This document shows, piece by piece, positions 49,777-62,158 of a stretch of 64,000 nucleotides of DNA. Under the pieces are notes generated by a model that did no database searches, was not told the DNA's origin, and saw only the letters and a program-made list of their open reading frames with translations. Each line of letters starts with the position of its first letter. Within the stretch, counting starts at the first letter, position 1. A program made the position numbers and the translations under genes. The DNA comes from Phaeosaccion multiseriatum (lineage: Eukaryota; Protista; Ochrophyta, other classes): assembly GCA_965112735.1 (NCBI GenBank), contig OZ218961.1, positions 1,550,001-1,614,000 of the forward strand. Reading direction: 5' to 3'.

Positions 49777-52700
49777 TGTGGAGTCTCAAAGGTGTTTGGT
49801 ATGTTCGAATCCGGATTGTCGCCAGTTGGGGAACGTACGCCTCATATGAACGGCATGTCGCAGGAGGAGGATAGATAAGGAAGTGAGATTGATAAGGAAA
49901 GCTAATACACGCTCAACATAGGATACGAATCCCTTTGCTTGTTGGTTGTCTAGGGTGTGTGGTCTGTCCCACATCCCAGGTGGCTCAACTTGGTGCAGTT
50001 TTATTGGCTTGGCTGGGTACTATCGCCGCTATACGCCCCGCATGACTATGCTTTTGCAGCCCCTGACTGAATTGACCAAGAAGGGGGTCCCCTTTGAGAT
50101 GACGCCGGAGCGTGTTTCGTGTATGCGTCAGATCTGTGATGAGTTGGAGAATGCGGTTGCCTTGGCCTACCCTGATTTTGAAGCGTCCATGAGTGGGGAG
50201 CGCCCTCTGAAATTGTACACTGATGCGGCTCAGACATGTGGCTTTGGGGCGGTTTTGAGCCAAGATGATGCTGAAGGAAAAGAGCGCATTATTGCTTGTG
50301 CAAGCCGAGTTTTGGTGGGCAGTGAAAAGAATTGGTCTGTTGGGGATGTGGAACTTGGCGCTCTTTGTTATGGGGTCAAAAAGTTCCGCCACTGGCTTTA
50401 TGGCAGTCATTTTATTGCTTACACTGACCACAAGGCCCTTGCCTACATGGAGAGTCTCCGGGATAAGAGTGCGCGTGTTCAGCGGATGTTTGAGATGCTT
50501 GCCCCCTTCCAGATGAAGATCGTTTATCGCAAGGGCACTCTGCTGGGCAATGCCGACGGATTCTCGCGCAACGCTTTGCCTGTTTCTGGTCCGGAGGAGG
50601 CGCAGATTTTGCGAGAGCAAGAGGAGGCCATTGACTCCTACGCCCTTGAATTCGCCACGGTAACGGATTCCGAAGATCGAAATCTTTCGGGTACTCTTGT
50701 TGACCACGCTGCTTTGGTTTTTTCTAACCTTGTGGAACTGTGTGTAGGGGTACTCCTCCCTGCCCCTTCTCAGGTGTTGCCCCTTCGCACCCAAGAGACG
50801 GATTCTTCACCTTCTCCGGTGTCGGCTTCTCACTCTGCCCCTACTAGCTTGGGTGATCTGTCTATGGAGGAGTGGGCACGTGCCCAAGAGTCGGATTCGG
50901 AGTGCCTGGCTATCCGCAAATACGTCGAGCATAAAACCTTGCCATCTGACCGCGTCGCTGCGCAAAAGATTCAAGTGGATGCCAGGGGATGTTGGGTTCA
51001 TCGTCTTAAGTGCGGCCTTCCTCTCCTCGTCTATCGAGACAAACGGAAACGCGGCGCGCCTTTAGGTGGGGCGGGGGTACAGCACCGTCTCGTGGTTCCT
51101 TCGCCTTGGAGGCCCTTGGTCTTGGATTCTTGCCACGCTTCCCCTTGGGCTGGACATTACGGTGTTGTGAAAATGTTTGATACTTTGAGCAGGCATTACC
51201 ACTGGCCGACAATGGAGCAAGACTGTTCTTGGTGGAAGCGCCGCTGTTTGCAGTGTCAGGCACGTGATGGCGCACTCGGCGTACGGCGCATCAGCTGGCC
51301 TATCGCTTTGAGTGAGATGCCTACTCGCCCGTGGCAACATACGTCGGTGGACTACTTTGGCCCTTTGCCCACGACTACGGAGGGGCATTTCCAGTACATC
51401 CTCGTCGTTCGTGATCGCTATAGCGGCTACATCGAGCTTTACCCTGTGACGCAATCCAAATACACAGCTCAGGGCACAGCGGAGCTTTTGGTGGATGGTG
51501 TCATCGCTCGCCATGGCGCACCCTCTACGATTCTGAGCGACATGGGGAGTCAATTCACTGCCCACGTTGCTGAAGAGGTGTTCGCGATGATGAAGGTGAG
51601 GCACTTGCACACTACTGCCTATCACGCTATGAGCAATGGTTCTGCGGAGTCGTTCATGAAAGTTTTGGCCCGTGGTTTGAGCATGCTAGTTTGCGACTTT
51701 CAGAGTGATTGGCATCTTTTTCTGCCGCACATTGCGAGGGCATACAACTGGTCAAGGCAAGCTGGTAGAGGTATTTCTCCGTATGAGATTTGTCATGGGA
51801 GAGCACCGCGTTTCCCTTTGCCTTTGTTGGAGCGTGATTTGGATTCCTTCCTCTGCCCGGACATTCTCGATGTTGGTGATACTGACTTCCTTGTGAGACT
51901 TCGTGAGCGTTTGTTGGCGGCAGACAAGTACATTCGTGCGACGCATGCTGCGGCTGAACGGAGGAATTCCAAGCGCACGGAGGAAATCCTTAGTGGGGCC
52001 AAGCGTGTGACTTCTTCTCGCCGTTCTGCCGATATTTCCGATGCTTTCAAGCTACGTAAGTTGCCTTTCAAGGTTGGTGATTACGTTTACGTCTATGACC
52101 CCCGGGGTACGTTTGTTGGGCCTGATGGGCGGTCTAGAGCGGGAAAGCTACTTCATCCTTGGCATGGGCCCCTTGAGATTGTAAATGTGGGTTCTTTGGC
52201 TCCTGCGTCTGCTCCGATCGCGAAGGATGGGCTGCGCGGCGGAAATGTTGCTCCTGTAAATTGTATCTGTGTGAAGGAGTGTGATGGCAAGGAGAAAATG
52301 GTTTCGGTTCATCGCGTGAAGAAATGCTTCCATCCTGCTGACGCTGACGCTGATCGCCCAAAGGGTTTGCCTTCTGGCCTTTGCGAGTATTACCTTTCCC
52401 GTCGTATTGAAGGTCGTCGCATTGCCTTGCTGGAGGACGACGTACAGCCTGATGATGGTGGTGTTGGTGAGTGGATTTTTCGACGGATTGTGGACCATCG
52501 CTTGACGAAGTTGACGCAGGGGCATACTTCGATTGAGTATTGTGTCGAGTGGGCGGATGGCTTGATATCGTGGGAGATGGAGACGACGCTGACAGAGGAT
52601 CAGGTGATGTCGTATTGGCGGGATTTGCTTCGCAAGGGTGTGCCCGCTGCGCATTCTAAGAGTGTGCATGTGCGAAAGCGGACGAGTCTATTGACGGAGT

Positions 52701-53965
52701 GGCAGGCCTTGCAGCGTGATGGGTTTGTAATTCCGGATGGGTTTGAGTTGCTCCCGAGGCCTGCTGACGCTGCTGCTTGCGCTAAGTTATTGAAGGTTGG
52801 GGCGGTGGTTTTCCACACGTTCAAGGTTTTGGAGCGGAAGACTGTGTGGTATCGTGGAGAAGTGAGTAAGGTGCGCAAGCCTCGACAGCGTATTGCAGGA
52901 GCCGAGCCTACCTATGTTATTAAGTTTGAGGATGGAGACCGCATGGAGCTGCCTTTGCCGTACGCCTCGTATTCTATTGCTATGGAGCCAGAGATTGGAG
53001 ATTGGTGCCTTTTGCGCAAACAGCCGTGAGGATTGGTTATATGGGCATTTTTGGATCTGTGATTCCGAAAAGAATTTGAATTTGCTGCATCGGATGCACT
53101 TTGCTGTTTATGCTCGCCTTGTCAGCGGATTTCGCAGTGTTTTCGCGATGTATCTGCCACATGGATGCTCCTGGAGCTGGTTACTTGGTGCTTGCTATGG
53201 AAATTGGATTATGCTGCTCTACTTGCGGATTTGTTTGGAGGTATTGCCGTCCTTTGGTGACACACATTGAGACGAGGATTCGCTGCACGCATTTGGGATT
53301 TGGTTTGCTTTATTGATGGGATTGCTGCTACTGCTACTGCTGCTTATTGCGAAGGGTCTGATCAACTCTTCTGGAGCTCGAGAGTTTGGTTTTCTTTTGG
53401 AGGCAACACTGCTGGCGCTACGACTTGGGGGGTTGGCATTGATCGGTATTCATGCTTCAGCTCGCTGTGTGCACAACGGGTACGGGTCGGTTAGTATGTG
53501 GTTGTTCTCATTTTTCTTTTTGGTGTTGTGTCACACCGTTCTTTCTATTGTTTGCTGAAGAAGTTGGTGCTACGCTTTGGAATATGGATGCTTTGCTGCT
53601 TTGCTTGCTGCTAGATGCATGGGGTTTTGGACTTTGTTTCTTTCCCCATTGGTTTGCTCTAGTTCTATTAGAGGTTTGTGTGTGAGCTGCTCCTTTTCGC
53701 CTCACAGTTTTCTCAGTCCTTGGCTGGTTGGCCTCGGCCTTGGGGGGGGGAAGTTGTGGAGTCTCAAAGGTGTTTGGTATGTTCGAATCCGGATTGTCGC
53801 CAGTTGGGGAACGTACGCCTCATATGAACGGCATGTCGCAGGAGGAGGATAGATAAGGAAGTGAGATTGATAAGGAAAGCTAATACACGCTCATCATAGG
53901 ATACGAATCCCTTTGCTTGTTGGTTGTCTAGGGTGTGTGGTCTGTCCCACATCCCAGGTGGCTCA
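49777..53965 (+). mobile_element. Element D1: internally deleted Gypsy element retaining RH-IN-chromo
   Basis: LTRs 49777-49987 and 53755-53965; TSD GTAT; PPT G9-AAGT; only the first bases of the PBS (ACT-TGGTG) remain before pol sequence. Confidence 0.93.
49997..53029 (+). pseudogene. D1 pol 3' half: RT thumb/RNase H, integrase, chromodomain-like and Tudor-like domains
   Basis: FIGLAGYYRRY, YTDAA, TDHKAL, ADGFSR; HASPWAGH..CLQC, SVDYFGP, SDMGSQF, SNGSAE, WHGPL; RRIVDHR..EYCVEWADGLISWE; WYRGEVSKV..YVIKFEDGD. Confidence 0.88.
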
Positions 53966-54184
53966 GTATGCTCACAAATGTCGTCAGTTCATAGTTTCAG
54001 TTTCTTCGTTCAGTTTCAGTTTCCTTTTAGTTCTTTCCATCTCCTAAAATATTACTTCATCTCTCGTCCTTTCGTTTTCTCACGAGTGCTCCACCTCTGG
54101 TGGATAGCGACTGACCTCCTGCTATGTGCAGGTAGGGTCTATTGCTATTGGTAGTCATCCTTTCAGTGCACGACTCCACAGGTT

Positions 54185-57100
54185 GGAGTCGGAGTTCATT
54201 AACCTCGACACCTACGCGTTCTTACCAACGCATGCCGTTCTAGTGTCGGAAAGCATTCAGGCCGGCCTAAGGCCCAATGAATTCAAACAGCACGTACAGA
54301 GCGCGGCAAGGATGAAGGGCTGGGACCAGCTGAAGAAGAACCCAGATGCCTTTAAAAGACTCGTGAAGGAGGAGGCAAAGCTTTTCAGGTCTGCAGACCA
54401 GCTGATGGCTAAGCAGGCCAAACAGAAGAAAGACGGCAAGCAAAAGGAAGCCAACAAGGGCGACCAAAAGGGCAATGGCAAGAAGAGCGACGGGAACGAT
54501 GGAGGCGGCAAGCAGGGCGGTGGCAAAGGCGACGGCAGTAAGGGAGATGGCAAAGCTGAGGGAAATCGTGACGGAAAGAAAGACAAAGACAAGAAACTCA
54601 CGCAGGACCCCAACAAGCCAGGCCCATGTGACCACTGCGGGAGGCCCAACCACGACAAGGAGCACTGCTGGAAGCTACACCCGGAGCAGAAGCCTGCCAG
54701 CCTGTCCCAAGGACACCGGAGAGTTACTTTCGAGGAGGAGCTCACCGAGGACGCAGCAGCAGGCGCAGCGGCGGAGGAAGCAGTCAAGAAGGGAGTAGCA
54801 GCAAACCAAGACGCAGGTATGCACCAGCTGTTCCTTAGAGATGATGGGATGGCGGAGCTCTCTCTCACGGAGGAGGGCCCGGTTGTAAAGGTCCCCATCT
54901 TGATTGACAGTGGGTCAAGCACCACCAGCCTTAACCTCCCAGCTTTTCGCCAACTGCGTCACCATTATGGTACCAAGGCCATGGCGCTTGAGCCCATGCC
55001 TAGTGCGGTCCAAATGGACACAGCAAATGGCGCAGCAGAGATGACGAAGATGACTCCTCCCCTTACCCTGCGTTTCAGCACACCACAGGGGCCTGTCGAG
55101 TTGACGGGGCTCCGCCTGGGTTACGAGAGCAGCGATCAGCCTGCTCCTCTCGTGATCATAGGACGGCAGACAATCAAGGAGCATTTGCCGGACTTGGACC
55201 TGAGCAGCCTCAGCAGCAGTGCGGCCAGCGTCCACAACAATCTACAGCAGCGACGAGCAGCGGTGGTGGAGCAGGTGCCCCTGTCTGAGGACCTGCCCTA
55301 CATGTTCATGGAGGAGCACCTGCTGACGGAGGACGAGATCTTGTTTGATTCAATTCCCCTCTCTTTCTCTTCCTTCGATCAGGAGGACCACAAGGAGAGA
55401 GGGCTGGACAAGCGCTACTCTGATTTGGCCGATGTTTTCGAGAACGCCAAGGCCAACGGCCTCCCCAGTGACCAGCAACGTAAGTACCACGACTGGTTGT
55501 GGTCTCATAAGGATCAGTTTCGTTCTGAACTGATAGACGACCCTCCGGCTGAGGTGGAGCCGATGAAGCCTCGCTGGAAGCAGAATTTTGTGTGCCCCAA
55601 AATCCCCTTTCGTCGCATGAAGCCTAACATGAGGGAGTGGCTTGGAGCTTTCCTGTGCTTGCTGGCAACTTTTGGCCTTGTGTACAAGAACGCTCAGGCT
55701 TGCGCAGCATCACCAGCGCTCGTCACCCCTAAGGCTTCGGGAAGCTTTCGTGCTACGGTGGACTACCGAGTGGTCAACGAAGGACTCCACCCACAGCACT
55801 GGCCCATGGAGACCATCATTCCCCAGCTGCAGCAGATACTGTCCAAGGCGAGGCGCCTTGCAGTAGCAGACATGAACAAGGGCTATTGGCAATTCCCTGT
55901 TGACAAGGCAAGTCAGGAGATGTTCACCATCGCCACCCCGGACGGCCTTTTCACCCCGACGCGAGTCCCTCAAGGCCTGAGCATCAGCGTCGAGTACTAC
56001 CAGAGCACCATGCAGACAATCCTCGGAGATCTTTTCGGTAAATGCTGTGTGGTGTGGCTCGATGATGTGCTGATTTGGGGCGAGGACGATGATGACTTGC
56101 TGAACAATTTGACTTTGGTTTTCGATCGATTCGCGAAGGCCAAGCTTTTTTGCAGCGCACCCAAGTTTGTACTGTATGCTTTGGAACAGACTTACTGCGG
56201 TGTGACTTGTGGAGAAAATGGCGTGGGGCAGGACCCTGCACGCCTTCAGGGGCTGGTGGATTTGGCTGCCCCCACAGACGGAGGGCAATTGATGCAGTTC
56301 CTTGCCTCTCTCAACTGGTACCGCAGCCACCTCCCAGACCTCGCTCGTGTCTCTCTCCCTCTCCAGCAGCTTCTCAATCAGACTCTGGACGGACTGGAGG
56401 TGCGCAGCAAAGCACGGGCTGCGAAGCGGCCCATCACAGCAGAGGCGTGGACGCCCGAGTGTGCAGCGGCGTTTGCAGCGACGAAGGAGCTCTTGTGCTC
56501 TGCGGTCACGCTCACGACTCTGAAGGAGGGCTACGCCGTGTGCCTGTACACAGATGCATCGCATTTTGGGTGGGGCACCATGATCACGACTTTCCCTAAG
56601 GAGCTGTACTCCCCCGGCAAGTCTTTGGAGGACATCCCTCATGAGCCACTGGCCTTTGGCAGTGGCCTTTTCAGCGGCAGTCAGCTCAACTGGCCTACAT
56701 TGGACAAGGAAGGGTATCCAGTGGTACAAGCATTTCTGCGGTATGATTACCTCCTCTGGGGCCCTGACGTTATTGTCAATACGGACCACGCCAACGTGTG
56801 CTGCATTTTGATCCGAAGCAGCATGTTACGGCCCTCAGCAAGGCTACTGCACAGCGCCTTCAAGGCTGGGCAGTCATCCTCGGCCAATTTCGGTTTCTTT
56901 TGCAGCACCTCCCGGGCGAGAAGAATGTGTGGGGAGACATGATCTCCCGCTTTCTCGCATTGCCTCCAGTGGCAATGCGGCAGCGGCACACTCTCTCCCT
57001 CCCTCCCCCCCCTCCCCCTGCGTGTCCCACTCTCGTGTCCCTTGATGCTCTCAGGTTAAGCCAACAGGAGCATGCCCCACTCTCTCAAAAGGGGGAAGGG

Positions 57101-58582
57101 GTAGATGGGACTGACAAGATTGTGGAGCCCGTTTCAGATATTGCTCTCGTGTGGCATGCAGATATGGAGCTCTACAAGACAGCAGCGGGAGAGGTGTGGG
57201 TTCCGGCAGCGGACAAGCAGCTTCAGCTACGGTTGTGTACAGAGGCGCACGCAGGAGGAGCATGCCATAGGCTCAAGACAGCAACCATGGAGCAGCTGCG
57301 TTTGATACATTGGCACGGCAAGGCAGATGACGTCAGCGCTTTCATCAAGCACTGCCTTCACTGCGTGGACTCTAGGGCAGGTGACAAGATACCCCGCCCC
57401 CTTGGTGAGACCCTCCATGGCAGCAAACCTGGAGAGGTGCATCACATGGACTGGCTCAGCATTGGAGAGTCGGACTCTGAGTTTGACAAGGGTATGAACA
57501 AATACCTCTTTGTGCAGATGGACGACCTCAGCGGCCTTTGCCTACTCACGGCTCACCCGAGTGTGCACGCTAATCTGGCAGTACGGGATCTTCTTCTGTT
57601 TGCCTCTCAGCATGGCATGCCGAGTATATGGGTGAGTGATCAGCCTACTCACTTCAAGAATCAGCTCTTGCGGGAGATGGCGGACATTTATAAGGTGAAT
57701 CATCACTTTTCAGTCGCTAACGTAGCGCACAGCAACGGCACGGTGGAGCAGCTAATGCGGCAGATCATTGTGGCTTTTCGAGCTGTTCTCTCTGAGCACA
57801 AGCTCCCGCCGACGGAGTGGGAGTCAGTCTTGCCCTTGGTCATGTATGGTCTCAACTCAGCAGTGCGCAAGCGGACTGGCTTGTCTCCATTGGAGATCAT
57901 CACAGGGCGGAAACCAGAGGCATTGCTTTCAGCGGAGCTTATCAAGCTTGGAGAGCAGTGGCACGTCGAGCCCATCAGCACGGAGAAGCTTCAAGCCATC
58001 TTGGCTGATACGCGGCAAGCTTTGGACCAGATGCACAAGACGGTGGCAGGCTCTCGTCAGACGCAGCGAGCTGCGGGGCGTAAGTCAGCCTCCAAGGGCA
58101 AGTTGCCCAACTTCATGGTCGGAGAGTTTGTTCTGGCAGCTCGTGTACGCAAGAAAGGACGCATGCACAAGCTCACGGCCACCTCGCGCGGGCCCTACAG
58201 AGTGCTTGATGCCTCTCATGCCCACGTCTACCTTATTCAGCACCTCCTCAGCGGCGAGCGGCTTACGGTACATGCCGAGCGGCTCATGTTCTACCACGAC
58301 GCCACTTTGGACATCACGACGGAGCTGAAGACCCACATCGAGTCGTCGGATAACCTGGCAAGGTATCAGATTGACTCCTTCGTTTCGCTTCGCAAGGAGC
58401 AAGGCGAGTATGAGGTGTTCGTTCACTGGCTTGGCTTTGAAGCCGATGAGCGCACCTGGGAGCCTCTTCATCAGCTTATGGAAGACATGACTGTTGCTAC
58501 CCTGCAGCGGTTTCTCCGACAGATGAAGCTCTCGACAGCGGTCAAGCGTGACCTGCTGCACATGCACAAGCTGCGTGTGTGA
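54185..58582 (+). pseudogene. Element F gag C-terminus plus pol (PR, RT, RH, IN, chromodomain), one frameshift near 56805
   Basis: CDHCGRPNHDKEHC; LIDSG; ADMNKGYWQ, VPQG, WLDD; YTDAS, TDHAN; HAGGACH..CLHC, SDQPTHF, SNGTVE, RGPY; YEVFVHWLGFEADERTWEP. Confidence 0.93.
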
Positions 58583-59134
58583 ATGTTTTGTGTGAAGTTT
58601 TTTTCCTTTCAAAAGGTTTTTCTCAATTTGGCTACTCACTCGTTTTGTTCCTCCTTCTTTTCCCTTTAGCTCAACAGGATAGTTTCCTATCAAGCTTCTA
58701 AGGGGGGACTGTGGAGTAGGCCACTCTTTCATGCCAAATCGGAAACCCGAGGCAATTGTTTAATATATTCTACTCTCGTTCTATCAATAAGGTTTTGACG
58801 TCTTATCTCTCCCACCAAGGAGTGGGGAGCCCACAGACAAAGAGTGTGAGTCACAGTTAGTTAGCGCAAGTTCACCGACGCTACAGTGTGCCTACCAAAT
58901 ATGCCAAATGCCGGCTTTGGGCGTCTTTGCCGACAGATTGGGCCATTTGAGCCTATCTGAGATCCCACTTGGCGCTGTTGTGGCAATGTCGTATCTGTCT
59001 TGGGCCTATGGTGCTGAGCCAATGCCTGGACTGGGCATGTTGTGACCAGCAAACGCGTCGTACGGGCTGTGTGTGCGCCCCAAATGCCGGCTTTGGGCGT
59101 CTTTGCCGACAGATTGGGCCATTTGAGCCTATCT

Positions 59135-62100
59135 TGAGCCACCTGGAATGTGGGACAGACCACACACCCCAGACAACCAACAAGCAAGGGGTTCTTATCC
59201 TATGTAGAGCGTGTATTAGCTTTCCTTATCAATCTCACTTTCCTATCTATCCTCCTCCTGCGACATGCCGTTCATATGAAGCTCGAGTTCCCCAAATGGC
59301 GACAATCCGGATTCGAACATACCAAACACCTTTGAGACTCCACAACTTCCCCCCCCCAAGGCCGAGGCCAACCAGCCAAGGACTGAGAAAACTGTGAGGC
59401 GAAAAGGAGCAGCTCACACACAAACCTCTAATAGAACTAGAGCAAACCAATGGGGAAAGAAACAAAGTCCAAAACCCCATGCATCTAGCAGCAAGCAAAG
59501 CAGCAAAGCATCCATATTCCAAAGCGTAGCACCAACTTCTTCAGCAAACAAAAGAAAATAACGGGGTGACACAACACCAAAAAGAAAAATGAGAACAACC
59601 ACATACTAACCGACCCGTACCCGTTGTGCACACAGCGAGCTGAAGCATGAATACCGATCAATGCCAACCCCCCAAGTCGTAGCGCCAGCAGTGTTGCCTC
59701 CAAAAGAAAATCAAGCTCTCGAGTGCCAGAAGAGTTGATCAGACCCTTCGCAATAAGCAGCAGTAGCAGTAGCAGCAATCCCATAAATAAAGCAAACCAA
59801 ATATCCCAAATGCGTGCAGCGAATCCTCGTCTCAATGTGTGTCATCAAAGGACGGCAATACCTCCAAACAAAGCCGCAGGCAGAGCAGCATAATCCAATT
59901 TCCATAGCAAGCACCAAGTAACCAGCTCCAGCAGCATCCATGCGGCATATACAACGCAAAAACACGATGCAATCCGCTGGGAAGGCTAGCATAAGCAGCA
60001 AAGCGCGTCCAATCCAGCAAATTCAAATTCTTTTTGGAATCACAGATCCAAAAATGTCCATATAACCAACCCCTGTAGAAAAGCCGAAAATGCCCTCGCA
60101 GAAGCACTCATGTTTTCCACTCCAAGCTCCTCGAACATCAACTCGTAGAAGCTATCCTTCAGCATACGCCGTACCAAGACCACTCCGCTGCGATTCCAAT
60201 CGTCCGCCACGAACTTCCGCTGTACCAGCTGAACAATACAACGAATGCAAAACACCTCGGTGCTGCGGTCCCGAAAAACGAACAAGTCCAATATCTCAAG
60301 CGCTGCTGCACCAATCCATCGACCACCGAGCCCGATAGCAAGAGGATAATCCATCCCTACTGCCGCAAGTAAGTCGCGCAAGCACAGCAAACCACAAGCC
60401 CTTTTCTCTCCCATTGCCCACGTTCACACCGCTCACGAGCCCCAACGCCGAAAAATCCATCACCTGCTCCTCTGCATCACAGGCAGGCCCCAAAACCCAC
60501 TCCATAGCTATTGTGAACGACCAAACGGCATGCCTCCGCCTTCCACGGCAGATAAGTAGCCACACTGCTCAAATGCCCCAATTCCCTTCAGCACCGGACG
60601 ACGGGCATCTCCGCACACCCCGTAGATGGCCACCAAATGCTGCTGCACCTCCCGAAATGCAAACGCCTTACACTCCCAATGCCGCCTTCCAATTCCCAAT
60701 GCCTCCCTTGCATGCTGCGCCCCTCCTGTCGCTCTTCGCTTCGCTGTTCTGGCCACAGGTTCAATATCCGCTCCACACGCAAACTCAAGGCGCCAACCAC
60801 CATCAAAGTGCTCCCCGGTTCCTTCCAACAGCCCGAATAGCTGCCTTCGTATCCATGCGGTCACCGCTGATGCTCGTACTAACTGCCTTGCTGTAGCTGC
60901 TTGTCCTGAGAGCCCAATTGCACCACTGCTGCCGTCCTGCTCTCGCGCAAAAACTCTCCAGGGGCGAGGAAGATGAACACAATGCCACCTTCCGGCTATC
61001 CTTTTGCGACTAATGCACTCACTCTCACTACCCCCGCTGGCCGTGCTCCCGTGCGGCCCGTGTGCATCGATAGTAGGCGGGGGCGAATCACTTATTGCTG
61101 TTGCTGTAGCGTTGCTGCTAAATTCCGCTTCTCCAAGCGGGGCTGTCTCTATGGTTATATCCGTTGCGCCAAGCGGGGCGTTCTCTATGGCTGTAGGCGA
61201 AGCACTCCCGTGGGCAATTTCCGCTGTATCAAGCGGGGCGGCGACGTTCTCAATGGCATCACTGATGGCTGTGGCTGTAGCGGTGCTGCAAATTTCCGCT
61301 TCTCCAAGCGGGGCTGTCTCTATGGCTGTATCCGCTTCTCCAAGCGGGGCGTCGGCGTGTTCTATGGCAATTTCCGCTGTATCAAGCGGGGCGGCGGCGT
61401 TCTCAATGGCATCACTGATGGCTGTGGCTGTAGCGGTGCTGCAAATGTCCGCTTCTCCAAGCGGGGCTGTCTCTATGGCTGTATCCGCTTCTCCAAGCGG
61501 GGCGTCGGCGTGTTCTATGGCAATTTCCGCTGCTCCAAGCGTGGCTTCCTCTCCCTCAATTTCCAAAATACTTCGCTCCATTGCGATCCCTGTTGCTTCC
61601 CCGCCCTCGTCCGCCTTAGACGGAGCGTAAAAGCTATGCATGTCCAGTGCCTCATCACAAGACAGCGATGCTGGCGTATCCCCATGCTGTGCTACTCTCT
61701 GCGAACACAAAGCCTTTCTTCGGTCCTCACGCAACAACTCTGCCTTTGTCTGTTGCATCCACTGTTCCACGAACTGCATAGACAGCTGATGCAACCGCAA
61801 TACATGCTGCTGAAACCAAAGCTGGTCATCACTGCTACGAGGAGAAACCAATCCAACCATCCTGCTGTGCAATCCCCATCGTTCTAGTCTTTTTCTGCTA
61901 CAGTCACGCAACACCAACAAAAGGAAAATCCCTCAGCTTCCACCAAGTTGAGCCACCTGGAATGTGGGACAGACCACACACCCCAGACAACCAACAAGCA
62001 AGGGGTTCTTATCCTATGTAGAGCGTGTATTAGCTTTCCATATCAATCTCACTTTCCTATCTATCCTCCTCCTGCGACATGCCGTTCATATGAAGCTCGA

Positions 62101-62158
62101 GTTCCCCAAATGGCGACAATCCGGATTCGAACATACCAAACACCTTTGAGACTCCACA
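59135..62158 (-). mobile_element. Element D2: non-autonomous D-family LTR element
   Basis: LTRs 59135-59344 and 61949-62158; TSD ATCT; PBS TGGTGGAAGCTGAGGGAT (61945-61928); PPT from 59345; 3' region ~59350-60070 homologous to D1 ~53030-53750. Confidence 0.93.
61090..61540. repeat. 153-bp tandem repeat (51-aa Ala/Thr/Glu-rich unit) inside the D2 ORF 60508-61920
   Basis: gcaatttccgctg at 61214, 61367, 61520. Confidence 0.85.

Larger units (their letters stand above)
48535..54180 (+). mobile_element. Element E2: non-autonomous E-family copy in F gag; its 3' LTR is split by D1
   Basis: 5' LTR 48535-48756; 3' LTR 49766-49776 plus 53970-54180; TSD GGTT. Confidence 0.93.
47578..58885 (+). mobile_element. 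Element F: Ty3/Gypsy chromovirus with nested insertions in gag
   Basis: Identical 176-bp LTRs 47578-47753 and 58710-58885; PPT AAGGGGGGAC; flanks CAGT/GTGT do not match; gag starts at 47825 and is interrupted at 48183 and 48535. Confidence 0.93.

Noticed and set aside
53030-53750. env-like hydrophobic ORFs after D1 integrase
   Set aside because: Short, T-rich and with differing ORF boundaries in the homologous D2 region; best read as 3' UTR.
56795-56812. Programmed frameshift in F pol
   Set aside because: It falls inside RNase H (TDHANVCCI-FDP) and is explained by loss of one T in a T-run, so it is a mutation or sequencing error.
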